NCBI GenBank assembly: GCA_003602475.1
Contig: QQSC01000043.1
Coordinates: forward strand, 20,984-84,983
Length of the DNA: 64,000 bases
Source: Candidatus Poseidoniales archaeon
Lineage (GTDB): Archaea; Thermoplasmatota; Poseidoniia; Poseidoniales; Poseidoniaceae
Direction of reading: 5' to 3'
In this document: positions 27,158 to 36,659 of the stretch, piece by piece
Layout: each line of letters opens with the position of its first letter
Position numbering within the stretch: the first letter of the stretch is position 1
The notes under the pieces: generated by a model
Database searches by the model: none
What the model saw: only the letters and a program-made list of their open reading frames with translations
Told to the model about the DNA's origin: nothing
Program-made: the position numbers and the translations under genes

Positions 27158-29863
27158 ATGGGTGAAGACGAAGGTGAGGTCTTTCTGTCCTTGGAGGACG
27201 ATGGCCCCGTCTTGCCTGCTGCTTTCAAACCGGCATTGGGAAAAAACGACACGACCTCAACCCCCGTGAACGCTGTCAACAAAGAAACCAACACCACCGT
27301 TCTTGAAGCCGATTTGGTGGACGTTGCGGTCGTGGAACAAGCCGGCGGCTCCTATGAAGTGATGTGGCCGCTGACCGCCATGGATTGTCCAGATTGCGCC
27401 TCAAAAGCCACGCGAGCCTTGAACCACATGAAACAGGTTTCCGAACCTAAAATTTCTCCTACTTCGGGAGAAATCAAAGTCATGGTGAATCTTGAACACG
27501 GCTCGATGGCTGAAATCTCTTCCGTGCTTCGGTCGCTGGGCCACCCACCCAACGTCGAGCATCACGAGTTGGTTGGTGCCAAGGCATCGAATGTCGCCAA
27601 ACGAAACGGCGTACCGCTGCAGAAACTTGAGCGGATGGTCAAGCAACAACCCGGCGTTTTGGACGCCGAAGTGTCAGAGGATGACCGGATCTTGGTTCAA
27701 CTGGTCAGCACGGCCAATCAGCAACTCATCGACGCTCGCCAGAGAGCCTTCAAATCGGTGCTTGGGAGACCACCGGAATTTCTCGAGGCCACCTCAAACA
27801 GAATCCGGCCCGACCAGTGGCGACTCATTGGAGCAGGTATCGCCGTTCCAATTTTGTTGATGGTGATCGCTGCTGAACTTCTTGGATTCGAGGGGCGGTG
27901 GATTGGATTGTTGGCCCTCCCCGGAGTGGTTGCTGGCGGATACCAAATGTTTGCTGAGGCCATCGCTTCACTCAAAACTCGTCAGATCGGATTCCAAGTC
28001 CTTACCAGTTTGGCGGTCGTTGGGGCTTGCATCCTCGAGATGTGGGAGGAAGCCCTCATCGTGGCCATTCTTGTTGCGTTCACCGCTCACTTGGAAACCG
28101 ATGCCTTGGTCAAGGCCAGACAGGCCATGCAAGGAGGACTTGACCGGCTTCCAAGAACAGCAAGGAAGGTCATCCAACCTCTCTCCGTGAATGCCGGGGC
28201 CGCCATGTCGTTTTCCACTTGTGGACCCGCCAACGAAAACATCATGAAAACTGGACCAATCCTTCCCATGGCAAAAACCGTCGAAACCGAAACCGTCCCG
28301 GTGGATTTGATACGCCCCGGTGACCGCATAGAGATTCGAAGTGGTGAGTTGATCCCGGCCGATGGCAGAATATTGGAAGGCAAGGGGGCGCTGGACAAAG
28401 CCCCGTTGACCGGAGAATCCGTCCCAGTCGATGTCGGGGAAGGCGACGTGATCGAAGCCGGATTGATTCTGGCCCGAGGACCGGTCGTTTGCGAAGTGCT
28501 CGCCGTTGGTGAAAACACCCGACTCTCCGGGCTCATTGAAGCCGTTCATACCTTTCGGGAGGAACCCCCTCGATTGCATTCCAGCATCGAATTGTTCACA
28601 TCAATATGGGTGCCTACGGTGTTGTTTGGAGCATTTGTTGTGTGGTATTTCTTGTTCCCTGTGGACGAATGGAAAATCATTCTTCTCTTGTGGGTGGTTG
28701 CCTGTCCCTGTGCACTTCTTTTGGCCACGCCGGTTCCGCATGCTGCAGCGTTGTCAAACGCTGCCCAAAGCGGCGTAATTGTTCGTGGAGGCGATGCCCT
28801 CGAGCGGATGGCGCATGTCAACCACGTGCTCTTGGACAAGACCGGAACCCTGACCTCAGGCCGACCAACGGTTGGTGGCGTGGTCATGGCCAAAGGTCGA
28901 CGAAGAGCGCCGGCCATGTCCGTCATGATGGGTTTGGAAGCAAGGTCGTCCCATCCATACGCTCTAGCCGTGATGGACCACTGCAGCAGCGAGGGGATTG
29001 AACCGGCCAACATCACCGGCATTTCAGACATCGACGCAGGTGTTGAAGGCCGACAGGGGTCCACGACAGTTGCGTTCATTCGCCCGGACAAAGCCTCCGG
29101 GTTGGGCATCAGCATGCCACAGGAATTGCAGGCTGCGTTTTCAGAGGCTCAAATCCAAGGTCATGGAGCAAGTCTTCTCGTGAAAGGCAAGGACGGTATT
29201 GCGTTGATGACCTTCGTTCACGACGATACCAGGGACGGATCTGCTGACTTGATTGCTTCGCTCCACAACCTCGGCATCAACGTGGAAATCTTGTCCGGTG
29301 ATCACACGGCGGCCGTAACCGAGTTCGCTCGCAAGGTCGGGTTGCCCGAAACCTCTGCTCACGGTGGGCTAAGTCCTGAGCAAAAGGTGGCCTGGGTCAA
29401 GAACCGTTCTGCAACGCACGTTACGATGATGGTAGGGGACGGTTTCAACGACGCCGCAGCCCTTGCCGTCGCCGATGTTGGCGTGGCCGTGGGAACTGGA
29501 GAAACCGTGAATTTGGAAGCTGCTGATATCTTGCTGCCCGGGGACGATCCAAGGGTGCTGTCGGACATGGTGACCCTTGCGCGCAGAGCCCAGCGAACGC
29601 TCATGCAGAACCTGTTCTTTTCCGTCATCATCACCGTGATGTTGGTCACTGCTGTTGTTCAACAGTGGTACGACCAAATTTGGGTGGGTGTGCTCATCCA
29701 CGAAGCATCGGTGATTTTGGTCATCCTCAACGGGGCACGACTCGCACGCCAGGGCCAAGTGAAGTCCTTGCTCAAATCAACATTCGTGTCCATGTACAAC
29801 GATACGCTTGCTGCCCTCCGGCTGTTCAAAGACCGTTATTTGGTCAAGCCTGCCACGGCTTGA
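27158..29863 (+). CDS. Heavy-metal translocating P1B-type ATPase
   Basis: HMA-like N-terminal domain with MDCPDC, TM CPC motif (VVACPCALLLATP), phosphorylation site DKTGTLT, and hinge GDGFNDAAAL. The start could also be ATG 27092. Confidence 0.9.
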   Translation: MGEDEGEVFLSLEDDGPVLPAAFKPALGKNDTTSTPVNAVNKETNTTVLEADLVDVAVVEQAGGSYEVMWPLTAMDCPDCASKATRALNHMKQVSEPKISPTSGEIKVMVNLEHGSMAEISSVLRSLGHPPNVEHHELVGAKASNVAKRNGVPLQKLERMVKQQPGVLDAEVSEDDRILVQLVSTANQQLIDARQRAFKSVLGRPPEFLEATSNRIRPDQWRLIGAGIAVPILLMVIAAELLGFEGRWIGLLALPGVVAGGYQMFAEAIASLKTRQIGFQVLTSLAVVGACILEMWEEALIVAILVAFTAHLETDALVKARQAMQGGLDRLPRTARKVIQPLSVNAGAAMSFSTCGPANENIMKTGPILPMAKTVETETVPVDLIRPGDRIEIRSGELIPADGRILEGKGALDKAPLTGESVPVDVGEGDVIEAGLILARGPVVCEVLAVGENTRLSGLIEAVHTFREEPPRLHSSIELFTSIWVPTVLFGAFVVWYFLFPVDEWKIILLLWVVACPCALLLATPVPHAAALSNAAQSGVIVRGGDALERMAHVNHVLLDKTGTLTSGRPTVGGVVMAKGRRRAPAMSVMMGLEARSSHPYALAVMDHCSSEGIEPANITGISDIDAGVEGRQGSTTVAFIRPDKASGLGISMPQELQAAFSEAQIQGHGASLLVKGKDGIALMTFVHDDTRDGSADLIASLHNLGINVEILSGDHTAAVTEFARKVGLPETSAHGGLSPEQKVAWVKNRSATHVTMMVGDGFNDAAALAVADVGVAVGTGETVNLEAADILLPGDDPRVLSDMVTLARRAQRTLMQNLFFSVIITVMLVTAVVQQWYDQIWVGVLIHEASVILVILNGARLARQGQVKSLLKSTFVSMYNDTLAALRLFKDRYLVKPATA

Positions 29864-29922
29864 ATTCTCGTTGACACGGTATCTTCAAACCCTATGAACA
29901 TCTCCTGAGAAACGGTGAGGTG

Positions 29923-30393
29923 ATGGCACGAGTTCGAGGCGACCCCATTACCACGGCTCTGGCGCATCCAACTCGCCGGAACGCCTACATCCAACTGTCC
30001 CAAACGGAGGAGATGAGCACCGTTCAACTCCAGCAAGCGGTTGATGTTGACCGCTACAATCTCTACCACCATCTGAAAAAATTGGCATCGCTTAACCTCG
30101 TGGAAAATCATCGCGACGAAGGGCGGGCTCGATGGTGGCGTGTCTGTGATCGTGTGGAACTGCCTGAGTTGCTCCATGCCTCAGGTCAACGAGGTCCAAG
30201 CGCCGGTACAGCCGAAATGATCCAAGGGCCGGTTGAGGATCGCGAGACATTCGCCCTGAAGTTCCACAACTCGCATGACCAAATCGCAGCAAAACAATTC
30301 ATCGAACAATTGGCCGAACTGTACGGTTTTGAAGTGGAACTGCCGTGGAATTTCATACCAGAGGAGTTGGTCCTCTACAGCAAAAAGAGGTGA
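29923..30393 (+). CDS. ArsR-family winged-helix transcriptional regulator
   Basis: HPTRRNAYIQLSQTEEMSTVQLQQAVDVDRYNLYHHLKKLASLNLVE fits the ArsR/SmtB HTH pattern. It lies directly downstream of the metal ATPase. Confidence 0.7.
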   Translation: MARVRGDPITTALAHPTRRNAYIQLSQTEEMSTVQLQQAVDVDRYNLYHHLKKLASLNLVENHRDEGRARWWRVCDRVELPELLHASGQRGPSAGTAEMIQGPVEDRETFALKFHNSHDQIAAKQFIEQLAELYGFEVELPWNFIPEELVLYSKKR

Positions 30394-30399
30394 AGGGTG

Positions 30400-30792
30400 A
30401 TGACCGAAGAACTTTCAGTGGAATCCACAATTGCCCCGCCAGCTTTGAGCTGTCCAAAATGCAACGGCATGCTCCCGATGAAACTCGGAGAGGTGGAATG
30501 CGCTCTGTGTGGAGCCCAAGCTAGGGTGAATCACCCCGGGACTCGAAAGGCATGGATGAAGGAAAAGATCAGTTGCCCATCCTGTTCGTCAGTTCTTGTG
30601 GCAGGAATCGATAAACGACCCGCTGAACTCAAGTGCGGCTCATGCCAATCCTACTTCATGCTCACACGGAAGGTCCCAAAAGTTGAGGTGGATTGTCCGG
30701 GCTGCGAACGGACGTTGCGGATGAGGCAGCGTCCCGGGCGCCGAGACATCGAGTGCCCAGCCTGTGCAACAGAATTTGCGGTCAATTTCTGA
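30400..30792 (+). CDS. Triple zinc-ribbon protein (MJ0042-type-like CxxC pairs)
   Basis: Six CxxC pairs form three ribbons: CPKC..CALC, CPSC..CGSC and CPGC..CPAC. The last one (VDCPGCERTLRMRQ..GRRDIECPACATEFAV) resembles the MJ0042-type finger. The gene starts 7 nt after the ArsR stop. Confidence 0.65.
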   Translation: MTEELSVESTIAPPALSCPKCNGMLPMKLGEVECALCGAQARVNHPGTRKAWMKEKISCPSCSSVLVAGIDKRPAELKCGSCQSYFMLTRKVPKVEVDCPGCERTLRMRQRPGRRDIECPACATEFAVNF

Positions 30793-30892
30793 AACCTCCG
30801 CCCTCTCCACCCGCCCCAAAAACGGCCCTTGAGTCCCCCATTGTTGTCGCGCACCTTATCTATGAAGAGAAGTGCATGAAGCAGTGGATGGG

Positions 30893-33553
30893 ATGCCAAT
30901 GAGCGCCAGCGAAAGCCGTGACTTGGACGAAGGCAAGGGGCCTTCTTCCGAGCGTATCACGCTGGCCTCGCTACGCTCCCAACTTACTTCCGCTTCCTCC
31001 ACTTCATTGGATGAGGCGCTGGGCACCCAAGCCCGGTTCAGGCAAGAAGAGCGGCTTCGGGCCGATTTGCGAAGAGATCGCCGATTGAAACAGCAGGCCA
31101 TCACCGAGCGAATTCAAGCCATGAAGACCAACATCGCTCAGGAGTTGGCCGTGCAACACGACATGACCCTCGATGCTTTGGAGCGAGATTTACGCACCAA
31201 CATGGAAGAGGAACTGGCCACGCTTGAGCGTGACTCCTTGGCCACCGAAGAAGCAAGAATGCGTCAGGAACTTGACCTTCGTCTTCACCGTCAAGTGGAG
31301 GCCCTTCGAGACAAGAACGACATGGAACTCAACGCTCAACTTCACGAGCGACAGGACGCCATTAAGGCTTCAATTGAGCGCCAACTCCGAGAAGAGTATG
31401 ACCGACGATTGGACATTCAAAAAGAACGGATTCGATTGGAACACAATCAGGCATTGCAACATCGCTTGCGCACGATGGAATCTGCTCTTGGCGAAGAGAT
31501 GGAACAACAATTCCAACACATGGAGAGCAAGGAAATTTCTCGGCTCGAAGAAGGTCACGAAGCGATGCTCTCGGAGCGAGAAGACCAGCTTCGCCGAGGC
31601 ATTCGAAGCCGGTTGGAGCAACAACTGCGCCAGCGTCTACGTCAGCGAGAAGCCCGGCTAAAGGTCGAATTTGAACGGCGCAGCCTCAGGTTGGAAGAGG
31701 ATGTTGCTCAACAACTTCAAACCGAAATTGAAGCCAAACTTCGGGATGAAACAAAACTGCTGGAAGACAACCTCCGAGAAGACGTCGAGATGGCTTTGGC
31801 AAAACGGCGTGATGAACTTCGCATCGAAATTGAACGCCACCTCAACGAACAACATGCTTCAAAGATGGCCGAACGTAAAAGCCGCCTCAAGGCCAAGTAC
31901 GACCTCACCTTCTCAAAAGCCATCGATGACATCTCTCGGTCCCTCGAAACCGAGATTCAAGCTGAACTCAATCACCGAACGGACAGCGAATACAACGCCT
32001 ATCGGTTGGCCAGGGAATCCGAAGTTCAAAACCGTCTCTCACGGTATCGCTACGAACGTGAAGCTGAGTTGCGAGATGAACTTGAATCCAAATTCTCTGT
32101 CACCAAGAAAGACTGGACTGAGCGGCTGGACCTTGAATTCCAATCTCGAGAAGCCGCTGCACGAAAAGCCATCATGTCGGAGTTGGACGCCCAACTTCGC
32201 AACGAACGGTTGTCCCACGATACCGATCTCGATCTTCTCAAGGAGGAAACCACGCTTGAGCTCGAAATCAAAATGGAGGAACGCCTTAACGATTTCAAAG
32301 CCCGCAAGGAAACCGAAGTGGCGACACAACTCGAGCGACAACTGGACAAGCGAGAAGAAATCATGCGCAACAAAGCGCTCATTGATGTTCGCAAGCGGGA
32401 AACGCAAATTCGTGCTGAAATCGAGGCCCAACTCGGGCTTAAGCGAGCTGAAATTCGCGACCGCCTGAAGGGACTATCCGAACGGATGGATTCGTTCAAG
32501 GAAATGGCGGAAGAAAAGATGCGGGATGCCGTATCAAAGCAAATTCAAGAGGACATTGACGTTGATGAAACGGAACTCAAGGCCCGTGAACAAGAGTACA
32601 GTTCCCTCCAAGCAACCGACACGAGGGCTGAAAAGCGCCAAAAATGGATGCAATCAATCTCTGGCACCGCTCCCGCTGCTTACGGAGCCGGTGCGGCTGA
32701 CCCGTCATCCTTGGGTGCACGCCCCGACGGCTTGGGAGCCGCTGCAGGCCGCCCGCTTCGTGGGCTCATGGGTCAGCAAACACAGGCTGAACCACGGATG
32801 GGGCTCGGTGGGATGCGGGCGCCCGCAACGAGTGCTAAACCCTTGACTTCGCCTACCGCACCGGTTCGTACCGTTCGCCAACCCGTCGCTCAACCAACCT
32901 CGGCTCCAGCAGCGAGGGCGGTTCGACAGCCCATCAGCACGCCAGCCACGATCGTTCCACAAGAGGAAAGTGTCCTCGAGACAACGCCGGAAGTCGTCGT
33001 TGAAGAACAGCTGCTTGAAGACACGGAGCCTGAGACGGTTTTGATTGAAGTCACAGAGCCCGAGACGATTCTGACTGAAGTCACTGAACCCGAAACGGAT
33101 TCCACGAGTGACCTCATTGAGCAAGAAATGGACGAACTTCTGGACGAAAGCATTCTCGAGGGTGATCTCGAAATTGTGGAAGAAACGGTTTCGGAAGAAA
33201 TGGAACTTGTTGAAGCTGAAACTCAACTTGAACAGGCTCCAGAAGCCATGGAAGAGCCAGGAGAGATTGTTGATGCAGTTGAAACGATGGACGACGAGAT
33301 CCAATCGGTCGAACTGCGACCCATACGAGGTGTTCTTGCGCCGACCAAGAAGGGGGAAACGAACCCTTCAACGGCATCGATCAAACCGGTGGGGCCAACA
33401 TTGGTACCAAGCAAGAAAAAGCGAGGAACTCCTCCATCAACGGACATTGAAGGTCCCAAGACCTCAGAACTCCGACCGGTAAAAGGAACCCTTGAACCCG
33501 TCAAAAAAACCCCTGTCAAGACCTTGAAACCCCAAGATGACAACGACGAATGA
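30893..33553 (+). CDS. Very long coiled-coil protein with disordered P/T/E/K-rich C-terminal region
   Basis: About 550-600 consecutive residues are E/R/L/Q/K-rich with heptad-like character (RQELDLRLHRQVEALRDK..., EIEAKLRDETKLLEDNLRED...). No TM segment or nucleotide-binding motifs. The C-terminal third is low-complexity. Start ATG is 30893 or 30899. Confidence 0.7.
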   Translation: MPMSASESRDLDEGKGPSSERITLASLRSQLTSASSTSLDEALGTQARFRQEERLRADLRRDRRLKQQAITERIQAMKTNIAQELAVQHDMTLDALERDLRTNMEEELATLERDSLATEEARMRQELDLRLHRQVEALRDKNDMELNAQLHERQDAIKASIERQLREEYDRRLDIQKERIRLEHNQALQHRLRTMESALGEEMEQQFQHMESKEISRLEEGHEAMLSEREDQLRRGIRSRLEQQLRQRLRQREARLKVEFERRSLRLEEDVAQQLQTEIEAKLRDETKLLEDNLREDVEMALAKRRDELRIEIERHLNEQHASKMAERKSRLKAKYDLTFSKAIDDISRSLETEIQAELNHRTDSEYNAYRLARESEVQNRLSRYRYEREAELRDELESKFSVTKKDWTERLDLEFQSREAAARKAIMSELDAQLRNERLSHDTDLDLLKEETTLELEIKMEERLNDFKARKETEVATQLERQLDKREEIMRNKALIDVRKRETQIRAEIEAQLGLKRAEIRDRLKGLSERMDSFKEMAEEKMRDAVSKQIQEDIDVDETELKAREQEYSSLQATDTRAEKRQKWMQSISGTAPAAYGAGAADPSSLGARPDGLGAAAGRPLRGLMGQQTQAEPRMGLGGMRAPATSAKPLTSPTAPVRTVRQPVAQPTSAPAARAVRQPISTPATIVPQEESVLETTPEVVVEEQLLEDTEPETVLIEVTEPETILTEVTEPETDSTSDLIEQEMDELLDESILEGDLEIVEETVSEEMELVEAETQLEQAPEAMEEPGEIVDAVETMDDEIQSVELRPIRGVLAPTKKGETNPSTASIKPVGPTLVPSKKKRGTPPSTDIEGPKTSELRPVKGTLEPVKKTPVKTLKPQDDNDE
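33023..33097 (+). repeat. 30-bp tandem repeat (about 2.5 copies) encoding TEPETVLIEV/TEPETILTEV/TEPET
   Basis: Read directly: acggagcctgagacggttttgattgaagtc / acagagcccgagacgattctgactgaagtc / actgaacccgaaacg. Confidence 0.8.
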
Positions 33554-33589
33554 ATCGGACGTTCTTCACAAACAAGCGCGTGGTTCATA

Positions 33590-36070
33590 ATGAACCCAAG
33601 CCTCGGTATGAGCATGGTCCAACAGCGTGCTGTGTTGCTCATGGTTCTCCTGTTGGCTCACGTGGCGGCTCTTCCACTCACACACGCAGAGCTGCCTCCT
33701 CTCACCGATGCAGGTGAAACACAGTCTCTTGAAACGCCATTGGTCATGTGGGAGGTGTTGTACGATGGGGCCGTCCTGACCGTAGATGAAGATGGCAACG
33801 TCAGTAGAAATGTCATGACAGGTTCGGGTTTGACGGCCGTATGGACGGTAAATTTGGACATCACGGCCAACAATGGACGTGTCGATGCTGCTCAAGAATT
33901 GCTGACTGTGGCGCATCAAACAGGCGTCTATGTCATTCAACTCTCCACACAAGACATCACATGGAACGTCAGTTCTGCAGACCCCGTGAACGACGCTGCT
34001 TTTGATCCTCAAGGTGATCTTTGGTTGGTTCACTTCGCAGGAAAACGCAGGGCGGAAGAATACACTCAAGAAGGGCCCACCGGTACAGCAACAACCGTCA
34101 TCACCGCAGGCATTTCGGCCTTTGAATTCCTCAATGACGGCCGTATTGCAATCGCATCCTACGACCGGAACATCTACATCGAAAACGGGGGCGGCCAGCG
34201 AACTCAAACACTCAGCGATTCAACCGCTATCGTGACGACCTTGTCCGTGATTGACAACAACACCATGATTGCTGGAACAACGAGCGGGACGGCCTACAAA
34301 TACGACATTGGTTCTTGGACGGCGACAATGGTTGACCTGCCGCACGCGAAGCAAACCACGTACATCGGGACCTATTCACAAGACAAAGTTGCGATAGGTG
34401 CACGGCAAGGAAAACTCTCCATTCTCAACACCACCTCATTCTCCGAACTTGAAACCTTTACGGGGTCTGGTGACATCATTGGTATGCTCCCCGAATTTAG
34501 CGGGCAGTTCTACCTGATCGGCAGCACACCTTCGCAAACCAAAATCCGCTATTTTGACCTGGACTCAGATCTGGACGGTGTCAACAATCTGGCCGACGCC
34601 TTCCCAAACGATGCGACACAAACGGCCGATTCTGATGGTGACGGGTACGGAGACAACCCCACTGGGTTCAACCCCGACGCCTTTCCCAACGACGCAACGC
34701 AATGGAGCGACACCGACGGAGACGGCTACGGCGATGAAGCGACCGGCAACAACCCGGATCTGTTTCCCAATGTTCCAACTCAGTGGGCCGATGCTGATGG
34801 TGACGGTTATGGAGACAACGCCAACGGAGCCAACGCCGACCGTTTCCCTTCTGAATTCACCCAATGGGCGGACCGTGACGGAGACGGTTATGGTGACAAC
34901 GCCGCGGGGTTCCGACCCGACTCTTGCCCCGATCTGAATGGCTTTTCGACCGAAGATCGATTCGGCTGCCCGGACAGCGACATTGACGGCCATTCAAACC
35001 CCGATTCAAACTGGACGACTGAGGACGGAGCAGACGCCCTACCCAGAGAGCGCACTCAATGGATTGACGGCGACGGCGACGGCTATGGAGACAACCTTGA
35101 GGGCGTGAACGCCGATGCATGTCCATGGGAATTTGGCACATCCATACAGGCGGTGTCTCAAAACGCCACCTCACCAACAGGCTATGTCTCCATTTCCTCA
35201 TTCGGATGTGTTGACGCCGATGGCGATGGATGGGTGGACAGAACTGAATCCCCCTTGATGGACCGAGACCCAACCGAACATTTCGATGGAGACGGGGACG
35301 GTGTAGGCTCCAATGCAGACTACAACGACGACCAAAGCAACATCCAAACCGAACAGGATCATTGCTTGAACGAAATTAACGACACTTCTCCTGCTTGCAC
35401 GGGGTGGAGAGACCCAGCGTACCAAGCCTACAGAAACACGGTAGAGAACAACAACACCCCCCTCACGTTCAACGCATGGAACACCTCGCAGAGCAACAGC
35501 GCAGGTGCGTCAAACAGCTTGGGTGGTGTCGATGGTGACATCATCAGTCAGGTGGTGATCGTCGGATTGATTGCCTTCGTAGCCCTCACGGGCGCCATCC
35601 TTGGTGTGGCCTATCTGCTTAACCGGCGAAAAGAAACCATCACACAGAAAGAGTACGGTGGGGTTTCATCCAACTTCACACAGATGGCGGCTCAAGAAGC
35701 GCTCGAAGGCAAAGGAGGCATCTCTGCAGCAGGAGGCATCGTGGACGATGCTTCGTGGGACGATGACATCGCCCAATTTGATTTCAACGAACCCAACGAC
35801 GATCTGAACGGTGATGTTGCACTCACAGATGAATTGGGTGAAGCAGGAGCCGTCGCTTACGATGAAGAGAGCCTTGAATCGATTGCAGGGGTCGGCCTTG
35901 CATCCGCTGAGCCAGAAGAGGTGGAACCAGCAACTGAATCTGATGCGTCAGCTCCAGAGGCGCCTGCTGAAGCACCCCCAGTTCCAGAAGATGGCCTACC
36001 TGCAGGATGGACGATGGACCAGTGGCGCTGGTATGGACACGAGTACCTCAAAAATGCGGGTAAAAATTAG
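33590..36070 (+). CDS. Type-I anchored surface protein: signal peptide, beta-propeller-like region, thrombospondin-type-3-like Ca-binding repeats, TM helix, acidic cytoplasmic tail
   Basis: Signal peptide MVQQRAVLLMVLLLAHVAALPLTHA. There are at least 7 copies of D.DGDGYGDN......D.FP....QW. The TM helix is VVIVGLIAFVALTGAILGVAYLL. The C-terminus is ...PEDGLPAGWTMDQWRWYGHEYLKNAGKN. Confidence 0.78.
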   Translation: MNPSLGMSMVQQRAVLLMVLLLAHVAALPLTHAELPPLTDAGETQSLETPLVMWEVLYDGAVLTVDEDGNVSRNVMTGSGLTAVWTVNLDITANNGRVDAAQELLTVAHQTGVYVIQLSTQDITWNVSSADPVNDAAFDPQGDLWLVHFAGKRRAEEYTQEGPTGTATTVITAGISAFEFLNDGRIAIASYDRNIYIENGGGQRTQTLSDSTAIVTTLSVIDNNTMIAGTTSGTAYKYDIGSWTATMVDLPHAKQTTYIGTYSQDKVAIGARQGKLSILNTTSFSELETFTGSGDIIGMLPEFSGQFYLIGSTPSQTKIRYFDLDSDLDGVNNLADAFPNDATQTADSDGDGYGDNPTGFNPDAFPNDATQWSDTDGDGYGDEATGNNPDLFPNVPTQWADADGDGYGDNANGANADRFPSEFTQWADRDGDGYGDNAAGFRPDSCPDLNGFSTEDRFGCPDSDIDGHSNPDSNWTTEDGADALPRERTQWIDGDGDGYGDNLEGVNADACPWEFGTSIQAVSQNATSPTGYVSISSFGCVDADGDGWVDRTESPLMDRDPTEHFDGDGDGVGSNADYNDDQSNIQTEQDHCLNEINDTSPACTGWRDPAYQAYRNTVENNNTPLTFNAWNTSQSNSAGASNSLGGVDGDIISQVVIVGLIAFVALTGAILGVAYLLNRRKETITQKEYGGVSSNFTQMAAQEALEGKGGISAAGGIVDDASWDDDIAQFDFNEPNDDLNGDVALTDELGEAGAVAYDEESLESIAGVGLASAEPEEVEPATESDASAPEAPAEAPPVPEDGLPAGWTMDQWRWYGHEYLKNAGKN
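34556..35332 (+). repeat. Degenerate ~80-95-bp coding repeats (DxDGDGYGDN modules)
   Basis: Repeated gayggngayggntayggngayaay words are visible along this stretch. They encode SDGDGYGDN, TDGDGYGDE, ADGDGYGDN, RDGDGYGDN, GDGDGYGDN, ADGDGWVD and GDGDGVGSN. Confidence 0.8.
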
Positions 36071-36330
36071 ATCCAAACGATGGGAAGCGAGTCTTTGATC
36101 GCTCCAAGCTCAACGCCCGTGTACACCGGCTGACCGCCAATTTTGCACGTGCTCATCACGAGCCAAAGAAAGCCGTTCCATGCGGTGCTGTCAGCGAACA
36201 ATTCAACCTCGCCGTACATCGCCGCCATCAACAACTTGGATTCGGGTGTTTCAGAAGAACACAACGCTCGAACCAAATTCCTCGCCGTGAATTGAAACCC
36301 CTTGGGTCGCCATGCCATCATGTGGCTCAC
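36067..36330 (-). CDS. Hypothetical small protein (87 aa), third gene of the ParA-RHH string
   Basis: Its start overlaps the upstream stop by 4 nt (36327-36330). No motif recognised. The stop overlaps the stop of the convergent surface-protein gene (36067-36070). Confidence 0.35.
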   Translation of the reverse strand: MSHMMAWRPKGFQFTARNLVRALCSSETPESKLLMAAMYGEVELFADSTAWNGFLWLVMSTCKIGGQPVYTGVELGAIKDSLPIVWI

Positions 36331-36659
36331 ACCTGGAAAGGAGCGAGATTAAGACGCTCCACAAGGTGATCAACATCAACGTCGACCGCTTCTTTCATCC
36401 TTGCTCGAAGCATGTCAATTTCACCTCGCATCTTCAGCATCTTGTGGGTTCGAATCATGTCCGCTAACAAGTCGTTGACGCTGCGATAATCTCCGGTTGT
36501 GCGCAGCGTGTTCAGCTGCCTTCGAATTTCGTAACTCACGCTAACCGATGTCATTCCTTCGCCCGTCATCCCATCATCCCGATGTGAAGGTGGCCTCTGC
36601 GGTCTTAAAAGGTGCGAAATCGCACCCGAACGAACCTCTGTTTTGCGGTCCAATGTCAC
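36327..36659 (-). CDS. Small putative ribbon-helix-helix DNA-binding protein (SegB/ParG-like candidate)
   Basis: A 4-nt overlap with the ParA stop. After a Pro/Arg-rich N-terminal tail, SVSVSYEIRRQLNTLRTTGDYRSVNDLLADMIRTHK fits a beta-strand/helix/helix (RHH) pattern. Internal ATGs (M31, M36) are alternative starts. Confidence 0.45.
   Translation of the reverse strand: MTLDRKTEVRSGAISHLLRPQRPPSHRDDGMTGEGMTSVSVSYEIRRQLNTLRTTGDYRSVNDLLADMIRTHKMLKMRGEIDMLRARMKEAVDVDVDHLVERLNLAPFQV

Noticed and set aside
31671-32468. A 265-aa + strand ORF in another frame inside the coiled-coil gene, and minus-strand ORFs at 32039-32499.
   Set aside because: These are frame shadows of a highly biased (GAA/CGN/CTN-rich) coding region. 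The 30893-33553 frame is uninterrupted for 880+ codons with a coherent heptad-like sequence.
34556-35332. A regularly spaced DNA repeat that could be mistaken for a CRISPR-like or satellite array.
   Set aside because: The repeats are in frame within a long ORF and encode Ca-binding DxDGDGYGDN modules. The spacers are also coding and variable in length. No cas genes are present.
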